The notes below the pieces were generated by a model. The model did not search any database, was not told the origin of the DNA, and was given only the letters and a program-made list of their open reading frames with translations. The translations under genes were made by a program, and so were the position numbers. From positions 3,472,001 through 3,536,000 of the forward strand of contig CATNEN010000002.1 in assembly GCA_950097015.1 (NCBI GenBank): a stretch of 64,000 bases of DNA, in the 5' to 3' direction. The DNA comes from Macrostomum hystrix. Its lineage: Eukaryota > Animalia > Platyhelminthes. Positions 1-12,859 of this stretch are shown here, piece after piece. Each line of letters starts with the position of its first letter. The stretch's first letter is position 1.

Positions 1-1792
1 TGGTTCTGTTCCCTGATTAATAAACTGGCGCCAACCATCTCAGTTTGGCTTTATAATAATTTGTTTAAATAAACTCGTCTTAACAAAATGTTCGCGAAAG
101 CGATGATCGCATTGGCGTAACCACCAAGGCCCGTCAGATCGACTGAGTATTTGCGAGGCTTCTAATGACGATGAGAAAGTCAGGTCAGATGTGCTCACCT
201 GGGTGACAAGCCTCCAAGACTTCCCTACGCGACTGCGCCCCATAATGAATATGGCACCCTGAACTGCTGATTCAGTCATGGCAATGCTTCCTTTATTTTT
301 AGCTGAGGCCTCCGCAGAGCCAGAGAGAAAAAGCGGCCTGACACCGACTTCCTGGAGGAGCCCGGCGGCTCAGAGGGGCGCAACAGCTGTCGCATCGATC
401 CAGGGATTTATGGCAGTTCTTCCTTTGTCACTCGCTCCCTTTCACTACTTCCTCCTCTGTCTTCCATTTCCCGTGGTCTCGGCGCCTCGCGCATGCTGAG
501 GTAATGCAATATAAGCACTCACTGGCCCCCGCTTACGTTTGCAATTCGATTTCTCATCAACAACAGCAGCGCTAGCATTCTAAGCGAAATTTCTGCCCCC
601 CGTCTATTTCCGTTTGCTTCCATCAAATTTGCTTTTGCCACCTCCCCTCGACTCTCACCATGGAAGCCGCGCGCAAGGGGCCATCATCTCGCATATCCAC
701 TCCCGCCCGCCCGTGTTTGCTGCCCGCTGCTCTCTCGGCCCGCTTATCCGCCCGACGACGCTTTCCATCATCGTGTCGCCCGATGGTTTGTGGGGCCGGG
801 ACAGATACGGGGGATGCTTGAGCCGGGTCCCCCGTGTCATCTGCTGCTCGTCCCACCGCTTGGCTTGGCCTCCGAAACACGCACTCACACACACCACAGC
901 ACTGCCCCAGCCGGCCCCACTAACTCATGTGCCGGGCTGCTCCTCGTTTCCGACCCACCCCCCTCCGGACTATATCAGCAGCCTCTTGGTCTGGTTTTTA
1001 TCCCCAATTCCTTCTAGTCTATCGCCTCGTTCCTCGCTGGCTCTTTTTTCGCCCGTCTCCTGCCTCAGCCCCTATCTCAAGGGGGGTGAAGAGGCCGGGA
1101 GTCAAATCCGGGGAGAGCCTCCATTTCTCATATCTCTTTCTCTCTCTCCGATGCCTCATCATCGAGACCTCGGAGCTCGGTGGGGAGCTGCTGTTGAAAC
1201 TGGGGTGAGGAGGTTGTAGGCAGGGAATGAGTTGCCCCCCGCCCCAACTCATACGGCATCTCAGCTTGGTGTCAACTTTCGGGGCAAGTGCAACGAGCAA
1301 ATCCAACAGTATGAAGCTGCTGCTGCTGCTGCTGCTTCGCGAACATGAACAAGTGGGCATGGGAAATTCCTACTGGTGCCTCCGGCTGCGGTAAGAAGAT
1401 CCACCAAGTGGTTGTTGTGAGGGGTGTAACCGTTTTCATGAATAAGCAATCGTGGGATCCTGACAAGACGTGCGCAAATATAGAAATCCAAAACAGTAGG
1501 CAGAACATTGCAGAGTTTATTATCAAAATATAGCTTTCACAAATTTCTCAATTGTTTGACGGTTGCTGGATAAACCTTTGAGAGCAAATCTCATTGAGTT
1601 CTCTGCGCGACCTGACAACTGCACCACCCACCTGCCCATCAGACGGACTGACAGTTGAACTTTTCTAATTGTTGGCAACTCCAAGCAACTGTTAACAACA
1701 GCAAATTCCTGCACTTTTATCGGCGGTGATGGACTTAGAGATTCAGAACACGAGAAAGATAGAACGAGGCGAGGGTCGGGACCCGGAATTGG

Positions 1793-4700
1793 CTATTTTC
1801 TTGTTCCGTCACGCAGCAGCGAAGGCTTTTTGAGTGAGTTGGCACAAGAGTGCAGCCAGGCGGGCTTGCAAAGTTGCCGCACGAGGAGGATTTTGACTTC
1901 GAATGATGCTGATGCTGTACTTGCAAAGACGTACTGGCTAGTCTCAACGTAGACTACGAAAGAAAAGTGCACGCACCCTATTCTTGCCAGTTCGCACCTG
2001 TATATTGTTGGTCCTATCTAGCCGATGTATACTTATAACCTGAGGTTAAGCTTTAGAAAATTTGATCAGAGCAAAGCAGAAATCAAACATTGATTTTATT
2101 TCTGCAATAGTTAATCAGGGAGCCTGTAGATAGCTTTGGAATTCTTTGCGAGAAGGTCGATGGTTCGAATACCAACGCTCAATTAGCAGGATTCGCTGGG
2201 GAAGAAATTCGGGTCTGTTCCAGCTTTTGAAACTCGACTTTGACTCACCTGCAGGACTGCAGTTGACAGGCAGCCTCAGTGACAGATGATCGCTGCCCAG
2301 GCTGTAGCTGCTGATGCCACCGCCGGGCAGTCTTGCGGCGCGGGAGGACGCGGGCAGCTGTGTGCGAGGTGATTAGAGCGGACTGCACTTATTTCTTAGA
2401 TGAAAAAAACTCAAAAAAAGTCCAGATGGAAGAAATATCTGCCAGTTCGATCCACCCTTCTGCCTGACTAGTCTGAGGAGCTGCCGTGAGACAATAATGC
2501 TGCCTCGTCTGTTCCACCCCTGAGACTGCATGCCTGCCTGGAGTCGATAGCTTTTATACACTTCTAATTTTCCAGCTGGTTGACTCCCTGTGGCTGTACC
2601 CCGAAGATACTCACAGCTCTGAGCAGTTCTCTCCTAGACTGACTCAAATTTTCGAGCCCTAGAAACTTTAAACCCGGAGCAGTGGCTGCCATCGAGTCGT
2701 GAGAGCGGCGTTAGTTACAGTCGATTAGCGCCGACATAGGGAGACATTAGAAGGCCGGAAACCCGAGCCATTTTAATCAGCAAAGCGAATCAAATTGACT
2801 CAGCCAACAAAGCCATCTTATTTGATACCGCCAGTCAACTAAAAGCACAACATTGATTTTCCCTTGTCTAATAAACTCAAAAGACGGAATTAAAAAGCAG
2901 GCTTTTTTGATCGGTCAAGTGAAATTAAAGACAAAAAATGCTTCTTGCTAAAATATGCCCCTCGACTCTAAATAAACTCCCATTTGCTGTTTATGTGACT
3001 AACACAGCTTAAACGTACATGCCAAAGTTTTGGTTAATTCGTGATTGGTTGAATATGAATATGTACATTGTGCAGAGAAATGCATTGAATTATTTGGTTG
3101 GAGACATGTACAATCATAGGTGTGGTACTGAGCGGATGAACTCTCTACCCTCTTAGACTTCCGAACCCCAAACTACAACCACCTCATTCACTACGATACA
3201 AGTGTCACTGGAATGGCTGTCAACAAGTGAACTGAGTCGCTTCATAAACTTCATTGAATATCGATATGCAACTGCAGACGCTCATGCTCATCGCCATGGC
3301 TGTGGGCCGCAGCCAAGCCGAGGCTGGAGGCATGCTTCGCGAGTGTCCCAGCCCAGACTGGGTACTCTACAGCGACATTTACGAAGCTTCCTGCCTGAAG
3401 CTGATGCCAAAGCCAAGACTGTTCGATGAGGCTTTCAAAGCTTGCGCTGCGCTCCAGTCTAGACTAATCTCCTTGCAGCACAAGCGCTCGAAGATCATGT
3501 TTGTCAACGAATTCATTTTGTCAAGCTTGGGTGAGGGCGAGAACCAAACCCTGTGGTTCTTCGACCCGCTTGACACCCACCGGGACCTGGTGAAACCGCC
3601 TGACCTTCCTGACGCTCCCTGGCTGGTTATCAGCCCCAGCGCAGATCCGTTGAAGGTGGAACTGCTGGTGAACATGACGGCCGTGCCCCGCGGCTTCATC
3701 TGCGAGGCGCCATCTCGTCCCGTGGCTCAACGGCCACAGTTCGGGCGCGAACCCGAAGACGACTTCATATCGGCCGACAATGTGACGACTACTGACCGAA
3801 AGCCATCGCCACTTGTCGCAACCTTCAATTGTCAGGCGTTCGGCGTTCCCAAGCCCACCGTCTACTGGGCTCTGGTGAGCGGTCAGGGTCAGGAGCTGCG
3901 GCTGGAAACAATCAACGCAACCGCAATTCACAGCCCCCAGCTGCCCGTCGACACTGACCCTGACGCCGCTCAGCGCAACTTGCGGTTTTTCAAACTGGAG
4001 CGGGACTGTAAGAATGAGCACACCTGCCAACCGGGTGGCATCCAGGAGACCAGTCAGCTCATTGTTGTGAACCCGCAGCTGCTCCTAGCAGACGGCAGGA
4101 AGCCTCGCATTGCCTGCATAGCAACCAATGACTTCGGCTCGGTGCTCAGTCGGGAGGCCCAGTTGATGCCGACCAGGCTGGGTCAATTCGCCAACGAGTC
4201 AACGATGGTGTCGGCGACGGTCGGCTTGCCGACTTTGGTGTCGAATGCCATCAGTGTGCAACCCAACGCTGCGTCCATAGAGTGCTTTCGCATGCTCGAT
4301 GGTAAAAAAGGTACTGTACAACTGGTGCCCATGGAGACGGTGAACCAGGTCACTCGCGGAAGCCTGCAGCTGAGTCGAGCCACCTTCGACTTTATTGTTG
4401 ACGCCACGACATCAAAGGACGCCGGGCACTATCTCTGCCAAGTCAGCTTGCCAAACGGTCGTCTGGGTCATGTGACTCGTGAGCGAACTCTCTTCCTCGA
4501 TGTGCAGCCGTGTCAGCAACCAGCCGCGTGCAACCTGACAAGCAAGCCCGTGTCCATCGTGGCTGGGTACCCTGCGGCACAGTCGCTGAACCCGTTCAGC
4601 AGCCGATTGATCCGGCACGGTGACAGCTTCCTGCTGGAGTGCCCGTGCACTGGAAAGCGCCAGCTAACAGAGGACCTTCTGGTGGAGTGGAATCTCAACA

Positions 4701-7700
4701 ACCGCACCGACCTGGAGGTGGTGCCGCTTCCCGCCCTGCCGCTGGGGTCAGCGCTGCTGGTTCATGGCGCAGACACCAGGCGACACAGTGGCCTGTACAC
4801 GTGCCGTTGTCATCGGGGTCGCGAAGCCTCCGACTGGAGCTCCGTCCAAGTCGCCGTTCTGCCGTCTCTTGCGCCGAAGAACTGGCACCAGGATTTGGTC
4901 CGGGTTCGCAGCGGTGACACTGCCAGCCTTCTCTGCCAGGTCGACTCGGTTAATGAGCTCGTCTCCGTGTCGGTTGAGCCCCTGAGGGGTGTTGAACCAT
5001 TGGCCGCTCAGGGACGCTTCACTGTACATCACACTCGACCGAGCCAGTTCAGCCTGACCATTGACAATGTCACCAAGGCGGACGCTGATGCATTCGGCTG
5101 TCGGGTAACTGCAATTTACTCGGTCGGTTGGTCCGAAGTTAACACCTACTACACCTCACTAGTAGTTGAGTCTGGTGATGCTTAGACCTGCGCATCTTTT
5201 TATCAGCCATTCAAATATGAATTTGACTCTGAGATTATAATAGTCCTCTAATATTCTCAGCGAATTCGAGTTCTCAATTGTTCGACTCAAGCTTGACCAC
5301 TCACCTGAACTAAACCTGCCTTTGTTGGAACAGCTGATGAGGCCATTAAAATAAACAAGATCCGTATCACAAGATCCTGGCTAATCGATAAAAACAAAGC
5401 CATTGTCCTAATTTTGTAATTCAGAAGGCAGCTGTTTCCACAGTGGCTGGTCTCCACCTACTCAGAGTGCCTACTCAGAGTGCCTCTTAAATGTTCCAAT
5501 GTCCTGCAGCCTCCGGGCTGAAGTCAAATCTGATTTGTCCGCCAGTGGGCCCAGCCAATGAAAGGCGGCGCTGATGAAGGGCGCCTATGTGAGTAGGGCT
5601 GGATGCCATCTTAGCTACTCAGGAATAGGAAAGCAAATAATGGAGATTTATTGGGAAAACCCGATACAGAAACATGATCTAATTTACTGGATTAGTTAGA
5701 GAAATTGTTTGTCATTCAATTTTAGTTACAAATCTATTTGCTGTAAAGTGCTTACTACTACAGCTCTAATGTTCGCATTTCAGGCTTCATAAAAAGTGTA
5801 AAGTAGGAAAAGTTTGGAAACCAAGTGTTGCATCTTTTAGTTTCCAAAAACATTTAAGGGACTGAGGGATTTAGGCACTGAAGGACTGAGGCACTGAGGC
5901 ACTGAAGGACTGAGGCACTGAGGCACTGAAGGACTGAGGCACTGAGGCACTGAAGGACTGAGGCACTGAGGCACTGAAGGACTGAGGCACTGAGGCACTG
6001 ACGCACTGAAGGACTAAGGGACTGAGGGACTGAGAGATTGAGGCACTGAAGGACTGATGGAATGAGGCACTGAAGGACTGAGGGACTGAGGCACTGAAGG
6101 ACTGATGGAATGAGGCACTGAAGGACTGAGGGACTGAGGCACTGAAGGACTGATGGAATGAGGCACTGAAGGACTGAGGGACTGAGGCACTGAAGGACTG
6201 ATGTAATGAGGCACTGAAGGACTGAGGGACTGAGGGACTGAAGGACTGATGTAATGAGGCACTGAAGGACTGAGGGACTGAGGCACTGAAGGACTGATGG
6301 AATGAGGCACTGAAGGACTGAGGGACTGAGGCACTGAAGGACTGATGTAATGAGGCACTGAAGGACTGAGGGACTGAGGGACTGAAGGACTGATGGAATG
6401 AGGCACTGAAGGACTGAGGGACTGAGGGACTGAGAGATTGAGGCACTGAAGGACTGATGGAATGAGGCACTGAAGGACTGAGGGACTGAGGCACTGAAGG
6501 ACTGATGTAATGAGGCACTGAAGGACTGAGGGACTGAGGCACTGAAGGACTGATGGAATGAGGCACTGAAGGACTGAGGGACTGAGGCACTGAAGGACTG
6601 ATGTAATGAGGCACTGAAGGACTGAGGGACTGAGGGACTGAAGGACTGATGGAATGAGGCACTGAAGGACTGAGGGACTGATGTAATGAGGCACTGAAGG
6701 ACTGAGGGACTGAGGGACTGAAGGACTGATGGAATGAGGCACTGAGGGACTGAGGGACTGAAGGACTGATGGAATGAGGCACTGAAGGACTGAGGGACTG
6801 AGGGACTGAAGGACTGATGGAATGAGGCACTGAAGGACTGAGGGACTGAGGGACTGAGGGATAAGGCACTGAAGGATAAGGCACTGAAGGACTGATGTAA
6901 TGAGGCACTGAAGGACTGAGGCACTGAGGCACTGAAGGATTAAGGCACTGATTAGGCCGCGCAGAAAATGTTTGAGACCGTTTAGACCAATAATTCAATT
7001 ATAATATTTGGAAATAGGTAGGCTTGGTATCTCACATTACATAGTGAAGTTGCAGCGCAATCAACCATCAGTGCAAAAATATTCGACTGACCTTAAGGTA
7101 TTTTGCCAGCACGTGCACTTTATTCTAAACAGTGTTTTGAGGAAAGTAAGCAATCATGGTTCTCCGTTATATTTAAAATATCATTAATTTTTAAACAAAT
7201 TGTTTATCTACATATACATTTTTAAACATAGTGTTTATATATACACTATACAGTAACACTTATAACAAGTTATACTTGAGGATACTTTACGCAGTAAAAC
7301 AACAAGCATTATAAAGTATCTCGCAAATAAAAACTATATTTATGCGCGTTATAAACTTAGGCCTACTATACTAATTAAACAAGAGGAAATTATTGTTGTT
7401 TTACATGAAACGTTTAGTCAATCGCAATTCAATTTCTGCATAGTAAGTTTTCTAAATAAATATTTCCAGATTACAAAAAACGCTATATGGTTCTATTGTA
7501 AGTAGTCATTTAGGAACATCTCAAACATTTTAATCTGATATATAAAGCTTGCGAGTGTGAATAGAATTTATTAAATCTATGGTACTAAATTGAATGCAAT
7601 GCCGAAATCTTATAGAGTCAATCCAAGCATTTCTTTTCCAAGAAATTAAGCTAGAAAATCTCCGCATTGTATTACGTGAGTTATGCATAATGAACATTAG

Positions 7701-8566
7701 TAAATTATGTTATATTCTGTATTTTTATATTGATATTATTGACTAATATCAATATAATAATAAAAAAATAAATAAATAAATAATAATAATTGCAGGAGGG
7801 CTGCGGGCAGTGGCACATCATTTGGTGACACTAGACCCGCAGCCAGCGAGGAGGCAATTCTGCCCACTTCGCTGACTCCTGAGCACACACGCACTTAGAT
7901 AACGTACGCAGGCACACGCTCACACAGGTGTGTACATCTGCCTTTCACATAAATGTGGCCTCGCCGCGTGATGGAGCTCAGGGACCTCGGTGCGAGAGGC
8001 AAACGCGTTAGACCGCTCTTACACCGAACCCCAATGGCCGACATGGTTGCATGATGAAACTTTGTGACCAGAAAAATCACCCTGACGAGAATCGTTGAAT
8101 ATCTCAACGATGTTTAGTGATTCTGGAAGTTGTTTTATCGGATAGAGCAAAACTTTTAGCCCATGATCTGGATTTTATTGTCGATTTGTTAAATATTTTG
8201 TGAGATACATAAAAATGTAAAAAAGAGGCTTTCAAAATATTCCAATTTTTCGCGAGCTGCTTCCTACTACTTCAGAGTAGTAATTGAGTTTGGTCATAGA
8301 CACTCGATTAACGAAACCGCAATTTGTCGGATTTCAGAATTGTGCTCTAGAATAAACTAATCGAATATTTTTAATCCTAACAAATGTGCCGAGTCCTCTC
8401 TCCTTATAGCCGTGAGAAGCTCGGTGCAATGTTCTTGTGCAGAACGCTTCTGTGACTCACGCACGGCCTCTGAAAAATAAGCCGACAGAAGCGCGCAAGG
8501 GCCTGGCATTGGTGAGATGACTGGCTGGGAGCCTGAACAAAGACTGGCGCCTTGTGCGGACTGCTC
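1793..8566 (-). CDS. Putative antisense multi-exon gene of unknown product (3' portion); exons 8566-8461, 5333-5305, 2638-2615, 2357-2249, 1953-1793
   Basis: Four donors are all GTGAGT and all acceptors end in AG. Exon lengths 106+29+24+109+161 = 429 nt join into one open frame (EQSAQGASLC...VPTKAGLVQ SRRELLRA LPASSRAARLPGGG...VYVETSQYVF...GTRK*). No family was recognised, and it could be non-coding. Confidence 0.45.
3266..5185 (+). CDS. Intronless secreted contactin-like protein: signal peptide, degenerate C-type lectin domain, four Ig domains (639 aa from first ATG)
   Basis: First ATG at 3266 gives a hydrophobic leader (MQLQTLMLIAMAVG). It is followed by a CTL-like segment (ECPSPDWVLY...SCLK...AFKAC...FICE) and contactin-type Ig motifs (FNCQAFGVPKPTVYW; LIVVNP...CIATNDFGSVLSREAQL; DAGHYLCQV; LECPCTG...HSGLYTC; LLCQV...LTIDNVTKADADAFGC). 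Stop TAG at 5183-5185. N-terminal CTL + Ig is the architecture of invertebrate contactin. Confidence 0.8.
   Translation: MQLQTLMLIAMAVGRSQAEAGGMLRECPSPDWVLYSDIYEASCLKLMPKPRLFDEAFKACAALQSRLISLQHKRSKIMFVNEFILSSLGEGENQTLWFFDPLDTHRDLVKPPDLPDAPWLVISPSADPLKVELLVNMTAVPRGFICEAPSRPVAQRPQFGREPEDDFISADNVTTTDRKPSPLVATFNCQAFGVPKPTVYWALVSGQGQELRLETINATAIHSPQLPVDTDPDAAQRNLRFFKLERDCKNEHTCQPGGIQETSQLIVVNPQLLLADGRKPRIACIATNDFGSVLSREAQLMPTRLGQFANESTMVSATVGLPTLVSNAISVQPNAASIECFRMLDGKKGTVQLVPMETVNQVTRGSLQLSRATFDFIVDATTSKDAGHYLCQVSLPNGRLGHVTRERTLFLDVQPCQQPAACNLTSKPVSIVAGYPAAQSLNPFSSRLIRHGDSFLLECPCTGKRQLTEDLLVEWNLNNRTDLEVVPLPALPLGSALLVHGADTRRHSGLYTCRCHRGREASDWSSVQVAVLPSLAPKNWHQDLVRVRSGDTASLLCQVDSVNELVSVSVEPLRGVEPLAAQGRFTVHHTRPSQFSLTIDNVTKADADAFGCRVTAIYSVGWSEVNTYYTSLVVESGDA
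5856..6950. repeat. Tandem array built from 8-bp modules (GCACTGAG/GGACTGAA/GGACTGAG/GGAATGAG)
   Basis: Directly visible; source of the SVPQS/SFSAS ORFs. Confidence 0.95.
7790..8035 (-). mobile_element. SINE family B copy (internally deleted)
   Basis: Shares GACCCGCAGCCAGCGAGGAGGCAA with 49958-49981 and TTCTGCCCACTTCGCTGACTCCTGAGCAC with the 27.9 kb copy. tRNA-like head on minus strand and ATT-type tail. Confidence 0.7.
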
Positions 8567-8959
8567 CTAATAATAATAATTCTGTGTTGCGCAATCTGAG
8601 AAACATATACAGAGAGAGAAGAGTGGGTGAGTGTGCCTGGGACGAAAATATTATTAGAAGGATTGAGGTACAGGTCTAAGGGATTTGAATATTGCCATGG
8701 CCGACCAAATATAAGATACAAGACACTTACACCGGAGGATCGAGAAACAGAAGGGATTTAAGGGATTAGACAGGAGAGAAACCAGACATTGTAGAGGTGA
8801 GATACGGGAGAGATGAGATAGGAGAGAGATGAGATAGGAGAGAGATCAGAAAGGGAAGAGATAAGATAGGACAGATGAGATAGGAGAGAGATAAGGTAGG
8901 AAAAATTGTGAAATACGGGAGATGTGAGGCAGGAAGGGATGGTTGAAATTGTCACTTGG

Positions 8960-9870
8960 GGGATTAGAATGGTCCCTGGGAGATTGGAATGGTCCCTGGG
9001 AGATTGGAATGGTCACTGGGGGATTGGAATGGTCACTGAGGGATTAGGAAGGTCACTGGGGATTGTAATGGGTACTGGAGGATTAGAATGGTCACTGGGG
9101 GATGGGAATGGTCATTGGAGGATTGGAATGGTCACTGGGGGATTGTAATGTTTACTGGAGGATTGGAATGGTTACTGGAGGATTGGAATGGTCACTGAAG
9201 GATTAGGAAGGTCACTGGGGGATTAGGAAGGTTACTGGGGGATTGGAATGGTCCCTGGGAGATTGGAATGGTCTCTGAGGGATTGGAATGGTCCCTGGGA
9301 GATTGGAATGGTCACTGAGGGATTAGGAAGGTCACTGGGGGATTGTAATGGGTACTGGAGGATTAGAATGGTCACTGGGGGATGGGAATGGTCATTGGAG
9401 GATTGGAATGGTCACTGGGGGATTGTAATGTTTACTGGAGGATTGGAATGGTTACTGGAGGATTGGAATGGTCACTGGGGGATTGGAATGGTCACTGGAG
9501 GATTGGAATGGTCACTGGGCGATTGGAATGGTCATTGGAGGATTGGAATGGTCCCTGGGGGATTGGAATGGTCACTGGAGGATTGGAATGTTACTGGAGG
9601 ATTGGAATGGTCACTGGGCGATTGGAATGGTCATTGGAGGATTGGAATGGGTCACTGGAGGATTGGAATGGTTACTGGAGGATTGGAATGGTCATTGGAG
9701 GATTGGAATGGTCATTGGAGGATTGGAATGGTCACTGGAGGATTGGAATGGTCACTGGGCGATTGGAATGGTCAGAGGAGGAATGGAATGGTTACTGGAG
9801 GATTGGAATGGTCATTGGAGGATTGGATTGGTCACTGGGCGATTGGAATGGTCAGAGGAGGATGGAATGG
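8960..9870. repeat. 20-bp minisatellite GATTGGAATGGTCACTGG(A/G)G
   Basis: Directly visible tandem units. Confidence 0.95.
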
Positions 9871-12859
9871 TCAAATAAATGATCGTTGGAAACAGACAGT
9901 CTAAAATTCAGTAATGCAAACTGTTCATCGCCTTAGTGTACTCGCTTGCGCTCACATACACGGTGAAAGCTAGTCCATCCATTCGCAAGGCCATATTTTG
10001 TGTGACTATAATAAATGGGATGCATGCAGTTTATGCTTGCCCTAAGCCTACTTCCCTGCCCAAGGTAAGTATATTGGTTTGTGTCAACCACCCACACAAT
10101 GCCGCGTCACTCTACCGATTGCGTAACCAACGCGTCAGTCCCGTCAGAAAGTGTTCTAGAAGAAGCATCGCCTAGAAGAAGCAAATAGTTGAAACATAAC
10201 TGCACAATCTATACGGTGTAGCTACTGAGCCTGCAGCCACAGAACAGTGAAAGTGTTTCCACAGAGCCATTGCCGGCACTCACGCAGCTGCATCTGTGAT
10301 CTAAGCGATACCTGTCCCAGTTGACAAACAGAAAAGCATTTGTAGCCCTGGTTTCTTGGCTTACAGCTTCATTTACAGATTGGGTCTTTATTTAGACATC
10401 AGCAAGCAGCAGTTAAAGCAGACACAGAATAGAGTACAAAAGTTTTGTGATGCGTGCTCACAAGTTGAGCCATAATGGAGTCAAAGGACTCATTGCATTT
10501 TAGAAAGGAAGTTGCCAAAAGAAAGAAGGATTGAAGTGAATTTGTGAATGAATGAAATCCCCCAGTATTGGAGCCCCGGCTGTGAAAAGAAGGAAAGGGG
10601 CTGTCTTCCTGGTGGCAAACTGATTGCCAAAATGAGGTTTGTAGCATCAAACCTTCCAATGATTATTAAAGTGTAGTAAGTAGGCTTCTTCGGTAATAGT
10701 TGGGCCTCGCCGGTCCCCGCCAATCCACGACATGGTCTACCCACCCACCCCACCTATTTAATTCAGGCCAGGCCGTAGGGCCGGTAAGGTATGGTAAGGA
10801 AAGCAGAGAGAAAAGGGGCGCCCGCCACCCCATAGCCCCACCCTCCCTCCGGAATTCACGGGCCAACGAAACGAAACTGGAGGGAAAGGCTGGGGGTGGG
10901 CGGGTGCCCATGAGGAGGGCGGCCGCGTGTGTGGCGTGTGTGTTGTAAAGAAAAGCAAAATAGGGGGAGGTTGGGGCCTAAATGGCGAATAAGAGGCTAA
11001 AGACAAACGGCAAGGACAGCCTCTCTATTCCTTGACTCCCTCGTGTTTGCCATACGCCTCTTCTCAGAGCAGTGTGCAGCCTTTTTTTCTCTGCAACAAA
11101 TAGCAATTAGGAGGAAGGCGGAGAAGAACAAAAAAACCGCTCAGAGCAGGCACTGGATTCTGAGCTCGCTATTAACGGCAACAAGAAAATAGAAGAGACC
11201 AGACCTGCACCTGCGATCGGATACCTTGGCTGGGCAAGGAGGCAGACAAGCTGAGACCTAAGCTAGAGTGAAGCTCTTTTGCCTGCCCACCTGCAATAAA
11301 TCATAAACCAGACTGGTAAGAGGTTTTGCTTCGATCCGAAGCGGCAAGGCATTGTTTAAATTTTATTTTACTTTATTCTCTTGATCACCTTTTGTCGCCA
11401 GTTTAACCAGTTGTTATTAGGCCTAATACATTAATTAGAGACTAAAGAATCCAGTTTTTCACCATTGCACGCAATCATTAGCTACCTTCGCCATTGTACC
11501 TGCACTGGCTCAGGGCTAGTATAGGCCTATTAAACATGTTCCGTATTGTCCTAACCCATATTTGCTGCGCTTGCATTTTCCGAGTTGTCTGTCTGATGGG
11601 CGGATGGCCTGTCAAAACTCATCCATCATTGCTAGGGCAGGTAGGGAAAGTGCTCTTAATTCCATCAGTTGCCGGTCTACTCTTTTGCAGAACAGGTGAG
11701 TGACAGTGGCTGTTCTGTCTCCTCTCTGCCTCTCGACTGTCTCCCAGTTTGGTCTCTGCCCCAGCTTCGTTCGGTTGGCGTTGGAAGACTTGGATGTACT
11801 TTTATAGATTATCCACGATTTTGAGGATAGAATAAAGCAAGTGTTCCTGACTCATATTTATCCAGTAAAACTAAACGAATTCAACTTTCATATGCGCGCG
11901 AATTTATTATATACGCTTGCGCCGTTGTTAAAAACATATATAAGCAAACCTCATTGGCGTGAATTTGAAATGTCTTTTCTGCGAATTCAGCCAGTGCTAG
12001 CAAACCTTTCGCTAATCTCTTACATAATTTTTGTGGATTAGGGATTTATTGAAGAGAGCCGCTTCGCAGTTCGGACCGGCCGCACAAAGGGGTTAATTGG
12101 CCAGTATTTCTAGCCGATTTCTCTCCGTATAAATTTATGCTAGCCGATTACCGCTGAACCAGGTGTGACGGTAAGGTACAAAGGAAAACTAATTACTAAA
12201 TTCTGCACACGATTCTTATCTCCTGTTCAGTGGCCGCACCGCTATACCCTCATTATTCTTTTAACACCTGCAAGTTATTAACACCTCGAACCTTATTCCG
12301 TTTCAATACAACTGTAGCCCAATTATCACCTCACCCTCACCTCTCAGTCTATACTTAGTTAAAAATCTACAGGCCACAATGTTACTCATGACGGGCCGAA
12401 AATCTACAATCGCCTATCGATATTTTTCTCGCATATATTAGTGAAAATTCTCGTTACCGCTATAGTAATAAACGGAAACTATGTAACTTGAGCCACACCT
12501 TGCTTACTAGATAATTCTTTATTACTTTACTATTACCAGTAAAGTAATTGTTCTCATTGTACTCATTATAGAGGATCATTTTCAGCTCTTTTTTTATCTT
12601 TTTCTATTAGTTCGAAAGAAATTCTAGTTTACGAGATTAAACAGAAATTACACCTAATCAAGGACACAGGAACTCGAACTGCCGACGTCACGGTAAAAAG
12701 TCCGACGCGCTTGCCACTAGATCTCTCCTGTACCGATTGCAATGAAATGAGCTTGAAACTGAATGAACTGCAACAATTGGAGTTGTGTATTTCTATTTTT
12801 ACTCTTGAGCAGTAAGGAAGATCATTGTTAACTTAAAACATTTCCAGGCCCTATAAAGC

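Noticed and set aside
40-279. Minus-strand ORF with a Walker A-like GRSRVGKS
   Set aside because: Short, with no Walker B or downstream NTPase context, and it overlaps a SINE B fragment (166-203) on the other strand; probably chance.
1310-1392. MKLLLLLLL... short ORF ending at a GTAAG donor as a signal-peptide exon
   Set aside because: The Leu run comes from a CTG microsatellite, and the contactin-like CDS already has its own signal peptide; at most a 5' UTR exon.
5854-6998. 356-375 aa ORFs (SVPQS/SFSAS repeats)
   Set aside because: Open in several frames solely because the tandem array lacks stops on that strand.
9248-9904. Trp/Gly-rich repetitive ORFs
   Set aside because: Translations of the 20-bp minisatellite in all three frames.
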